A stretch of DNA of 32,000 bases, from contig NC_013967.1 of assembly GCF_000025685.1 (NCBI RefSeq), positions 450,001 to 482,000 on the forward strand. The letters run 5' to 3'. Shown in pieces: positions 8,653 to 16,544 of this stretch (position 1 is the stretch's first letter; the number at the start of each line of letters is the position of its first letter). The stretch comes from Haloferax volcanii DS2 (GTDB lineage Archaea > Halobacteriota > Halobacteria > Halobacteriales > Haloferacaceae). The translations under genes were made by a program, and so were the position numbers. The notes beneath the pieces were generated by a model. That model saw only the letters and a program-made list of their open reading frames with translations, was not told the DNA's origin and did not search any database.

Positions 8653-9087
8653 GTGGCGTCGATACTCGGCCGGAACATGATTGACCCGAAGCATGCCGAG
8701 TTCGTCGAATCAGTGATGAACGGGGAGGACGACTCCGAACCGGAGTCGTTCCGCCGGGCTTCACTCTCGTCTGAGTGGCGACTGGAAGCGATTATCGACC
8801 GTGACGGCGAGGAGCACCTGCCCGGAGGTGGCGGCGTCGACATGGCTCCGCTGAAACTCCCCGTCCAGCGGGTGCTGCAAGAGACGCGACTTCAGTACAC
8901 CCTACAGAAAGGCGAGATGTGGCGCTGTTCCGAGTGTAACGTCGGTATCTACCAGACGGAGTGGATGGCTCGCCACTTGGTCGAACAGCACGGCCTCGAC
9001 CGACCGGAGAGCGCTGACCACGTGCTGCACGTAGAGGACTACTTCGACAAGGACCGCGAGTGTATGCGGCACCCAGGTTGCGGCTAG
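8653..9087 (+). CDS. Hypothetical protein with one classical C2H2 (beta-beta-alpha type) zinc-finger motif
   Basis: WRCSECNVGIYQTEWMARHLVEQH at nt 8926-8991 fits C-x2-C-x12-H-x4-H with the conserved hydrophobic positions. The start is the GTG at 8653 or the ATG at 8677. The frame is open back to the TAA at 8581. Confidence 0.55.
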   Translation: MASILGRNMIDPKHAEFVESVMNGEDDSEPESFRRASLSSEWRLEAIIDRDGEEHLPGGGGVDMAPLKLPVQRVLQETRLQYTLQKGEMWRCSECNVGIYQTEWMARHLVEQHGLDRPESADHVLHVEDYFDKDRECMRHPGCG

Positions 9088-10027
9088 TCTTTGAATTTGA
9101 TACTTGATCTTGGACTCATCGAATAGAACCTTTTAAAATCATCATTATCTGAACCCAATAATTGATTTCGTAATATTCGTTTTAGTAATACTAGAGTCGC
9201 TTCTAGCGAGTCAATCAGGTCCGCAGATGAGACATCTGGATCACCGTGAACAACGTAGTTTCGCTCTTTCCTCCAAAAATACTCGGGAGTGTCAAGTATA
9301 CTTGTATATGGAACTACATTATTGGCTAAATCGTCTGTTTCTACGTCCAGTTTTTGATTAAATTCTTGATTTTTGGATCTGTTTTTTCAGATATGCAATC
9401 TTCTCTTGCGTGCCATAGAGCAAGCATTTCGATGGCGCTGCAAGCACTCAGCATCTTTCCTTCGACTGGCCTGTGGGGGTCACGTGCGTCAATATAGTAG
9501 CCGAGTGTCTGCTTAACTCGAAGTTGATCGCGGATCCGCGGCGTGTAATTAGCATACGATTCAGAAATATATTTGTGGAAGTCACCCCACAACACTTTCT
9601 TCGGAAACTGTGTAAATCTGGCACCTGCGTTTGCTGGCCCCCCTGTTTTCAAGATTTCATAATGAGCTTCTATCTCTTCGACTGGTTTTCCTCCGATAGC
9701 AATTATTTTCGAACGGATCTGTCTCGGCGTGACGTCTTGTACGAGCTGAGATAATTCGAGAACTTTGACGACTTCTTCTGTGGCTAAGTTCACTTGGTGG
9801 CACAGGTCGCCGTTCACATCCTGCTTAACTCTGATTTTTGCTGTCCTAATGGGTTGGCTAGTAGACCTGATGTGGTCTCGGCGATCGGTGGTGTCTGTGA
9901 GTGAGATGCCATATATTTCTAGTTCGTCCGTCTCTACGTATGGTATCTCGACCTCATCAGGAATTTCAAATTCGGAATGGCCTTTCTGCTTAGCAAGAAG
10001 CTCTAAGTTCAGTACCTCACAAAGCAT
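9084..10027 (-). pseudogene. HEPN-like (Rx4H) protein gene split by a -1 frame change in an A-run: N-part 9341..10027 (228 codons) plus C-part 9084..9350 (88 codons)
   Basis: The second frame was hand-translated. It has no start codon, so it is absent from the ORF track: LDVETDDLANNVVPYTSILDTPEYFWRKERNYVVHGDPDVSSADLIDSLEATLVLLKRILRNQLLGSDNDDFKRFYSMSPRSSIKFKD*. RNYVVH lies at nt 9246-9263. The gene coincides with the AT-rich patch (two 60-nt lines counted by hand gave 27% and 38% GC). Confidence 0.55.
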
Positions 10028-10127
10028 CCTCGCCTAGCTGTTTCTGAAGCCTGAGTTCTGTGGCGGAGCGGTTGGACTGGCGGTTTCGACGAGAGAATCA
10101 TGGACGGATCGGCGGAGAGCCGTCGCT

Positions 10128-10149
10128 GTCGGCGGCGGCTGCCGCCGAC
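10128..10149. repeat. GC-rich hairpin GTCGGCGGC-ggct-GCCGCCGAC (9-bp stem)
   Basis: A perfect inverted repeat seen directly, about 45 nt downstream of the transposase stop on the minus strand. Confidence 0.6.
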
Positions 10150-10193
10150 GCGACAGCGTCGCCACTCCCACCGTTGGCTAGCCCGGTCGGGAG

Positions 10194-11384
10194 TTACCGG
10201 CTAAACCGGTCGTCTGGTGGTCGGTTCGCGGGGACGGCCCGACGCACCGCGAGGGCCGTCCACGCTGCTCGACGGACCATATTGATGAACTCCTTGAACG
10301 ACCACTCCCAGAGGCGACGCCCCCCACGGCGGGGCGTCGCCACGTACTCCCAGTGCAAATACCGCCAGACGTTCTGTAACAGCAGGCTCACCACGACGTA
10401 CAACAGCCGTACGACCGGATTTTGTGTCGAGGTCGTCGCGATACTTTGCTCGGAGAGTCGATAGCTTGCCTCGATACCGAAGCGTTTCGCGTAGTGGTAT
10501 CGAGCGTCCCGTGGTGAGTCGATGAACGGCGCGTCAGCGGCGTAGCCGTGACGCGCCACCCCATGTTCGTCGTACCGTCCGTTTTGGTAGGTACAGTCGA
10601 TGTAGACGGGAAACTCGACGGTCCAGCTGTGACCGTCGAGTTTCGCTGTCAGACTGTGCTGAATCACGCGACTCCACCCTTCTGAGAGTTCTTGCTTGAT
10701 CGTCCGTCCCCAGCGGACGATCGGCATGACGTAGGCGTGGTTGTGCGCCTGAAGCAGCGTCAAACACTTGCTGTCGTAGAATTCGCGGTCAAGATAGACG
10801 GCCTTGACACCGAGGTCAAGGCCGTCGAGAATACCGAGGAACTCTGCGAGGACACTGCTGGCGGTGTCGCCGTCTTCGAGACGGCGCACCGCCAGCGTGT
10901 AGCGTTTGTTCTTCACGCGTGCGTACAGCGTCGCGTACGCGTGAAACGCGGTGGTTCCACGCTTCGCTTGTGAGTGATACAGGCCGTCTGTATCGTCTTC
11001 GTCGCCGTAGTAGGGCCGCAGGTGGAGGTCTGCGCAGACCTCCACCTGCTGGGGAAGGACGTCGAGAACGTCTTTCTGGAGGAGCATGTTGCCAACCTGT
11101 TCGAGCGTTTCTAGACCGAATTTAGTGCGGAGATGGTAGAGAACGGAGTTTTCGTGGGGTGCATCTTCGCTTCTCTCACAGAGCGTTGAGACCGAGGTCC
11201 CGTCGGCGCAGGCGCCGACGAGGACCTCGTAGATGTCTTCAGCATCGAGTTCAGCGTTTTCAGCGAGTGAGAGAGCAACTTCCTCGTCAAGAGAGTTGAC
11301 GAGGAAGTTAAGGAGCTGGTCCTCGTGGATTTCATCGTCTGTTTGCTGGTTGTTGGACACATCTTCAGCAAGCAGACGTCTCAA
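10194..11384 (-). CDS. DDE transposase, haloarchaeal ISH3-family-like (IS4-related)
   Basis: It is 396 codons. The N-terminus ..EIHEDQLLNFLVNSLDEEV.. and the block YHSQAKRGTTAFHAYATLYARVKNKRYTLAVRRLEDGDTAS match my memory of ISH3-family transposases. Candidate DDE residues are ADLHLRPYYGD, VYLDREFYD and YAKRFGIEASYR (Y-x2-R-x3-E). The first codon after the upstream TAG is TTG, and no ATG lies near the N-terminus. Confidence 0.85.
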   Translation of the reverse strand: MRRLLAEDVSNNQQTDDEIHEDQLLNFLVNSLDEEVALSLAENAELDAEDIYEVLVGACADGTSVSTLCERSEDAPHENSVLYHLRTKFGLETLEQVGNMLLQKDVLDVLPQQVEVCADLHLRPYYGDEDDTDGLYHSQAKRGTTAFHAYATLYARVKNKRYTLAVRRLEDGDTASSVLAEFLGILDGLDLGVKAVYLDREFYDSKCLTLLQAHNHAYVMPIVRWGRTIKQELSEGWSRVIQHSLTAKLDGHSWTVEFPVYIDCTYQNGRYDEHGVARHGYAADAPFIDSPRDARYHYAKRFGIEASYRLSEQSIATTSTQNPVVRLLYVVVSLLLQNVWRYLHWEYVATPRRGGRRLWEWSFKEFINMVRRAAWTALAVRRAVPANRPPDDRFSR

Positions 11385-11408
11385 CTAACCGGCTTTGTGA
11401 TGTACTGA

Positions 11409-11756
11409 ATGTCGTTTGACGACTTCGAAGAAACGCAAGTCGAGGACGACTACGACGACGGAGTAGAGGAAATCAAGTTTGACGTGGACGAACCGGTCAT
11501 CGGCGTTATCGTCGACATCGAGGTCTATCTCTACTGTCCGTGCCCGTTTGCCGAGTCGGAGTCCCGGCAACCGAGGCGCGAACTGGCGCGACTGTCACTC
11601 TCACAACGGTTACGTTGCCCCCGCTCACGTCAACTTTTCAACTTCCCTGCGTTCGTCGCTGATAGCGACGACGAACCCACAGTGGGAGGACGGCGATTGC
11701 GTCCGGGAGCGCTTTCTGACTCTTTAAGGCTTCTAAACTCGGAATCACGGCGATAA
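11409..11756 (+). CDS. Hypothetical ORF; the acidic N-terminus is credible but the rest is doubtful (possible gene fragment)
   Basis: MSFDDFEETQVEDDYDDGVEEIKFDVDEPVIGVIVDIE looks haloarchaeal. After about residue 40 the sequence becomes Arg/Ser/Leu-rich and unlike a real protein. Confidence 0.25.
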   Translation: MSFDDFEETQVEDDYDDGVEEIKFDVDEPVIGVIVDIEVYLYCPCPFAESESRQPRRELARLSLSQRLRCPRSRQLFNFPAFVADSDDEPTVGGRRLRPGALSDSLRLLNSESRR

Positions 11757-11837
11757 GATACGTCTGGGAATTTTTATTATTATACCGAGTAAATGAATAT
11801 CAATCGTTAAGTACGGTGCGTTCGACAGTGTCTATGT

Positions 11838-13211
11838 ATGTCACGCGATAGCCAGTCTAACGACAATCGGCTCAGTCGGCGTCAATACGTCGCTGGGGCG
11901 GGAGCGCTTGCGACGATGGGGCTCGCCGGCTGCTCCGGTGGCGGCGGTTCCAATGACGGCGGCGACGGCAGTACTACTGAAGCGGGCGGCGACGGTAGTA
12001 CTACTGAAGCGGGTGGCGACGGCGGTGACGGGGGAAGCAGCGCCCCGGTTGAGGTGCTTCACGGCTGGACCGGCGGCGACGGCGCCGCGGCAGCTGAAGC
12101 GCTCGAAGCGGCGTTCAACGAGGCCTATCCCGATGTCGGCCTCGACATGAACCCCATCGGCGGCGGCGGGAATCAGAACCTCGACGCCGTCGTGGCGAAC
12201 CGGCTCCAGAGCGACGACCCGCCGGGCGCGTTCGCCAACTGGCCGGGTCCGAACCTCCTCCGCTACGAGGGCGTCCTCGGCAGCGTCGACGACGTCTGGG
12301 AGGAGAACAACTTCGAGGAAGTAATGATCGACGAGGCGGTCGAGCTTCACCAGCAGGGCGGCAGCTATCGAGCCGTTCCGCTCGGTTCGCACCGCCTGAA
12401 CTGCCTGTTCTACAACGTCTCGGTCGTCGACGAGGCGGGCATCGACGTCGACTCGCTGAACAGTCCCTCGGCGCTCATCGACGCGTTCGAGACGGTCCAA
12501 AGCGAGACCGACGCGGTTCCGATGACCCACGCGATGTCCGGGACGTGGACGACGACGCAGCTGTGGGGCGCCGTGATGCTCGCCGTGAACGGCTACCAGC
12601 CGTACATGGACTTCCTCAACGGAGAGGGCTCCGAGAGCGCGGTTCGCTCGGCCTTCGAGACGACTGCGGAGATGCTCGAAAACTACATCTCCGACGACGC
12701 GGCGTCGCTCAACCTCACCGCGTCGAACCAGAACATCATCAACGGCAACGCCGCCTTCATCCATCAGGGTAACTGGGCGGCTGGTGCGTTCCGGAACGCC
12801 GAGAACTTCGCGTACGACGAAGACTGGGGCTTCAAGACGTTCCCCGGCACGGAGGGCATGTACACGCTCCACATGGACTCGTTCCTCTACCCGGCCGACA
12901 ACCCGACGCCGGAGGCGTCGAAGACCTGGGCGGCGTTCGTCGGCAGCCCCGAAGCGCAGATCGCGTTCAACCAGTACAAGGGCTCGATTCCGACGCGAAC
13001 CGACGTGAGCATGGAAGAGTTCGGACCGTACCTCCAGGAGACCGCCGAAGACTTCGCCAACGCGGAGTACCGTCCGCCGAACCTCCAGCACGGCCTCGGT
13101 GTCCCCTCCGAGACGATGACGGCGCTCAACGAAGTCATCTCCTCGGAGTTCACCGGCCCGTACAACGTCGACGCCGCGACGCAGGGGTTCCTGGACGCGG
13201 TCTCGAACTGA
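11838..13211 (+). CDS. Sugar ABC transporter substrate-binding lipoprotein (family 1 solute-binding protein)
   Basis: It has a Tat signal plus lipobox (SRRQYVAGAGALATMGLAGC) and a Gly/Asp/Thr linker. The body is typical of carbohydrate SBPs. It is the first gene of a four-gene ABC operon, and an AT-rich promoter region lies upstream. Confidence 0.9.
   Translation: MSRDSQSNDNRLSRRQYVAGAGALATMGLAGCSGGGGSNDGGDGSTTEAGGDGSTTEAGGDGGDGGSSAPVEVLHGWTGGDGAAAAEALEAAFNEAYPDVGLDMNPIGGGGNQNLDAVVANRLQSDDPPGAFANWPGPNLLRYEGVLGSVDDVWEENNFEEVMIDEAVELHQQGGSYRAVPLGSHRLNCLFYNVSVVDEAGIDVDSLNSPSALIDAFETVQSETDAVPMTHAMSGTWTTTQLWGAVMLAVNGYQPYMDFLNGEGSESAVRSAFETTAEMLENYISDDAASLNLTASNQNIINGNAAFIHQGNWAAGAFRNAENFAYDEDWGFKTFPGTEGMYTLHMDSFLYPADNPTPEASKTWAAFVGSPEAQIAFNQYKGSIPTRTDVSMEEFGPYLQETAEDFANAEYRPPNLQHGLGVPSETMTALNEVISSEFTGPYNVDAATQGFLDAVSN
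11961..12014 (+). repeat. 27-bp tandem repeat, 2 copies plus a partial third, encoding GDGSTTEAG in the SBP linker
   Basis: ggcgacggcagtactactgaagcgggc is followed by ggcgacggtagtactactgaagcgggt (25/27 identical), then ggcgacggcggtgac. Confidence 0.85.
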
Positions 13212-13221
13212 GCCCCAAGAA

Positions 13222-14286
13222 ATGTCGAATTTTTACCAACGAGTGCGCCGCGCGATTACTCCCGGCTCGGCTGACGACCAGCGGGTCAACGATGCCGGCG
13301 GCGAGCGCGATGCAGTCCGCACCGACGGCGGCGTCGTGAACGAGGACTCCCGGAGTCCGGACTCCGAATCGGGGTCGTTGGACCGCCTCGCCGCGGGAAT
13401 CGACGGACTGCTCGGGAGCGACTTCCTCGAATCGTCGATTTTTTGGGTCCCGCCGTTCCTGCTGATGGGGCTTTTCGTCTACGGCGCGGTCATCTGGAAC
13501 TTCCTCATCTCGCTGACCGACTACCAGCGGTTCGCGAACGCGCCGGACTACTCGAACCTCGACTTCGAGATGTACACGCGGGCGCTCGCGGACTCGGGAT
13601 TCATCGACGCCGCGGTCAACACGTTCATACTGCTCGTCGCGTTCACGGCGGGAACGCTCGCGGTCGGTCTCATACTGGCGATTCTCATCGACCGCGGAAT
13701 CCGATTCGAGAACTCGTTCCGGACGATCTATCTGTTGCCGATGAGCCTCTCGTTCGTCGTGACGGCGCAGTTCTGGCTGTGGATTTACAACTACAACAAC
13801 GGAATCGCCAATCGCGTCATCGGTCTCGTCGGCGTCGGCCCGATTAGCTGGCTCGGTAATCAGACCATCGTCCTCTGGGCGGTCATCTTCGCGTTGATGT
13901 GGCAGTTCTCCGGGTACGCGATGGTCGTGTACCTCGCCGGACTCCGCGCGATTCCGGACGAACACTACGAGGCGGCAAAAGTCGACGGCGCGTCGACGCT
14001 GAAGATGTACTGGCGGGTCATCATCCCGCAGTTGAAGGGCGCGACGATAAGCGCCGCCGTCGTGCTGATGGTGTTCGGCATGAAGGCGTTCGACTTCCTT
14101 TACTCGCTGGTCGGCGGCTACCGGCCGCCGAACGGTGCCGACATCTTAGCGACGAAGATGGTCCGCGAGGCGTACGCGAACCTCAACTGGGCGTACGGCG
14201 CGGCGATTGCTATCGTCCTGTTTGCGATGGCGCTCGGCGTTATCGGCCCGTACCTCGTCTACGAGTACCGGAGGAACAACCTATGA
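13222..14286 (+). CDS. Sugar ABC transporter permease (MalF/UgpA-like)
   Basis: It is a multi-TM protein with the EAA-loop region YEAAKVDGASTLKMYWRVIIPQLK. Confidence 0.9.
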   Translation: MSNFYQRVRRAITPGSADDQRVNDAGGERDAVRTDGGVVNEDSRSPDSESGSLDRLAAGIDGLLGSDFLESSIFWVPPFLLMGLFVYGAVIWNFLISLTDYQRFANAPDYSNLDFEMYTRALADSGFIDAAVNTFILLVAFTAGTLAVGLILAILIDRGIRFENSFRTIYLLPMSLSFVVTAQFWLWIYNYNNGIANRVIGLVGVGPISWLGNQTIVLWAVIFALMWQFSGYAMVVYLAGLRAIPDEHYEAAKVDGASTLKMYWRVIIPQLKGATISAAVVLMVFGMKAFDFLYSLVGGYRPPNGADILATKMVREAYANLNWAYGAAIAIVLFAMALGVIGPYLVYEYRRNNL

Positions 14287-15227
14287 CAGACGACACGCTT
14301 CGAACGGACGGCGGAACGGCGACGTTCACGGCCCGACTGCGCCGGAACGTCGAGCAGATGACGATAGAGGACGCCGGTCTGTACGTCGTCCTGCTGTTGG
14401 CGGCGGGGTTCTATCTCGTCCCCATCGAGTCCGGATTGGTCACGTCGATCAAGACCGGGACCGCAATCGTCGAGACCGCTCCGTTCGCCCCGCCCGGGCC
14501 GTCCGGGTTCACGCTGGAGAAGTGGCAGGCGGCGGTCGAAGCCCTGCTACGCGGGATAGGCAACAGCATGCTGTACGCCGTGCCCGCGACGGTCATCTCG
14601 GCGTTCGTCGGCAGCATCACGGCGTACGGGCTGACGATTCCCGACTGGAAGCAGTCGTACAAGGCGCTGGTCTTGGCGCTCATCATCGCGGGCATCTTCA
14701 TCCCGTATCAGGCCGTGTTGGTGCCGCTGACACAGTTCTGGTCGCAGTGGGCCCAGCTCACCGACCTGCTGTCGTTCGTCTGGGCGCTCGGTGTTCCGAA
14801 CGACTACGTCGGCATCGTCGAACTCGTGGTGACCCACGTCGCCTACGGGATTCCGATCTGTACGCTCCTGTTCCGGACGTACTACAAGACGATGAGCGAG
14901 GAGATGATCGAGTCCGCGCGCCTCGACGGGGCGACGCTCCGGCGGGTGTACCGGCGGATCGTCTTCCCGCTTTCGGGACCGATGTTCGCCGTGGTCCTCA
15001 TCTACCAGTTCACCCAGATTTGGAACGACCTCCTGTTCACGCTGGTGCTCGTCTCGACGGAGTCGAGTCCGGCGGCCCCCGTCGTGTTGATTCTCGCGGG
15101 GCTCGGCACCTCGCTCGAGGGACAGGACTTCGCGCTCCGGATGGCCGGGGCGTTCTTCGCGGCGCTCCCGACGCTCGCGGTGTACATCTTCTTCGGCGAC
15201 GAGTTCGCCGAGGGGGTGGCGGCGTGA
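14283..15227 (+). CDS. Sugar ABC transporter permease (MalG/UgpE-like)
   Basis: The ORF track gives 13899..15227. I trimmed it to the ATG at 14283 (MTDDTLRTDGG..), which overlaps the upstream stop as ATGA. The EAA loop is IESARLDGATLRRVYRRIVFPLSGP. Confidence 0.9.
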   Translation: MTDDTLRTDGGTATFTARLRRNVEQMTIEDAGLYVVLLLAAGFYLVPIESGLVTSIKTGTAIVETAPFAPPGPSGFTLEKWQAAVEALLRGIGNSMLYAVPATVISAFVGSITAYGLTIPDWKQSYKALVLALIIAGIFIPYQAVLVPLTQFWSQWAQLTDLLSFVWALGVPNDYVGIVELVVTHVAYGIPICTLLFRTYYKTMSEEMIESARLDGATLRRVYRRIVFPLSGPMFAVVLIYQFTQIWNDLLFTLVLVSTESSPAAPVVLILAGLGTSLEGQDFALRMAGAFFAALPTLAVYIFFGDEFAEGVAA

Positions 15228-15347
15228 CGCGTCGTCACGGCGACGCGACCGCCGTCGAGACCGTCTCGCACGGCGACCGCGGCCACCGGCGGCGACTCCC
15301 GGCGCGGCGCGGAACCGACAGCTCACCAACGATACCTACTCAGAGAT

Positions 15348-16499
15348 ATGGCAACGCTTGAACTCGATTCGATAACGAAGACGTTCCAGGACGGCGACGA
15401 CGAAATCGTCGCTGTCGACGACATCTCGATGTCGATTGACGACGGGGAGTTCCTCGTCGTCGTCGGTCCGTCGGGCTGTGGCAAGTCGACGACGCTCCGG
15501 ATGATTGCGGGCCTGGAGACGATTACGTCGGGCACGATTTCGCTCGGCGACCGCGTCATCAACGACGTGGCCTCTCAGGACCGCGACATCGCGATGGTGT
15601 TCCAGTCGTACGCGCTGTACCCGCACATGACCGTCCGCCAGAACATGTCGTTCGGTCTGGAGGAATCGACCGACCTCCCGGACGACGAAATCGGTCGGAT
15701 GGTCTCGGAGACGGCCGACCTGCTCGACATCCCGAGCCTGTTGGACCGGAAGCCGAGCGACCTCTCGGGCGGCCAACAGCAGCGCGTCGCACTCGGCCGC
15801 GCCATCGTGCGCGACCCCGAGGTGTTCCTGATGGACGAACCGCTCAGCAACCTGGACGCGAAGCTCCGCGCGCAGATGCGGACTGAGCTCCAGCGACTCC
15901 AAGACGACCTCGGCGTCACGACCGTCTACGTCACCCACGACCAGACGGAAGCGATGACGATGGGCGACCGCATCGCCATCCTCGACGGCGGGGAACTCCA
16001 GCAGATTGCGACGCCGCTGGAGTGTTACCACGAGCCCGCAAACCAGTTCGTCGCGAGCTTCCTCGGCGAGCCGTCGATGAATTTCTTCGACGTGACTCGC
16101 GAGGGCGACCGCCTGGTCGGTGACTCCTTCGAGTACCCGGTCGGCGCGGAGATACGCGACGACATCGGCGACGTGACCGACCTCGTCCTCGGGATTCGAC
16201 CCGAGTCCGTCGAACTCGTCGAGGCCGCGAGCGGCGACCACGACTTCGAGATGACGGTCGACGTCGTCGAGCCGATGGGCGACGAGAACACGCTGTACCT
16301 GTATTTCGAGCCCGACGCAGACCCCGAGACCGCAGAGACGCTGGTCGCGACCACGGACGGCCTCACGCGCATCAGTCCGGGCGAGACGGTCGTCGCGCAG
16401 ATTCCGGAGGAGGCAATCCACTTCTTCGACGGCAGGACGGGCGAAGCGCTCCACAATCGGTCGATGGAAGAAGCCGCACAGCAGATCGACCTCGGCTAA
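15348..16499 (+). CDS. Sugar ABC transporter ATP-binding protein (MalK/UgpC-like)
   Basis: It has Walker A GPSGCGKST, the signature LSGGQQQRV, Walker B VFLMDEPLS, and a C-terminal TOBE-like regulatory domain. Confidence 0.95.
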   Translation: MATLELDSITKTFQDGDDEIVAVDDISMSIDDGEFLVVVGPSGCGKSTTLRMIAGLETITSGTISLGDRVINDVASQDRDIAMVFQSYALYPHMTVRQNMSFGLEESTDLPDDEIGRMVSETADLLDIPSLLDRKPSDLSGGQQQRVALGRAIVRDPEVFLMDEPLSNLDAKLRAQMRTELQRLQDDLGVTTVYVTHDQTEAMTMGDRIAILDGGELQQIATPLECYHEPANQFVASFLGEPSMNFFDVTREGDRLVGDSFEYPVGAEIRDDIGDVTDLVLGIRPESVELVEAASGDHDFEMTVDVVEPMGDENTLYLYFEPDADPETAETLVATTDGLTRISPGETVVAQIPEEAIHFFDGRTGEALHNRSMEEAAQQIDLG

Positions 16500-16544
16500 C
16501 CGCCCCGTCTTTTTCGGTCGTTCGACCCCGCGCCGTTTCTCTTC

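Larger units (their letters stand above)
10128..11408 (-). mobile_element. ISH3/IS4-type insertion sequence or remnant; boundaries NOT determined and coordinates approximate
   Basis: It contains the DDE transposase gene. I could not find terminal inverted repeats or a target-site duplication by eye. Confidence 0.4.

Noticed and set aside
8178-8764. Minus-strand ORFs 8178..8561 and 8246..8764
   Set aside because: They are Arg/Ser/Pro-rich antisense products. The plus-strand frames carry zinc-ligand motifs and acidic tails.
9473-10037. Plus-strand ORFs 9473..9754 and 9765..10037 inside the AT-rich cassette
   Set aside because: They are antisense to the much longer minus-strand frame and are Cys/Phe/Ser-rich with low plausibility.
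10060-10464. 134-aa plus-strand ORF overlapping the transposase 3' end
   Set aside because: It is antisense to the DDE transposase and Arg/Ala/Ser-rich.
8096-11837. att-type direct repeat of the tRNA(CAT) 3' half at the far end of the islet
   Set aside because: I looked for GGTTCGAACCCCATGGGGCCCA-like sequence near 11700-11837 and elsewhere and found none by eye. Islet boundaries therefore rest on composition and gene content only.
13899-14282. Long N-terminal extension of the second ABC permease
   Set aside because: The extension overlaps permease 1 in another frame and is Arg-rich. The ATGA-coupled start at 14283 fits the operon architecture.
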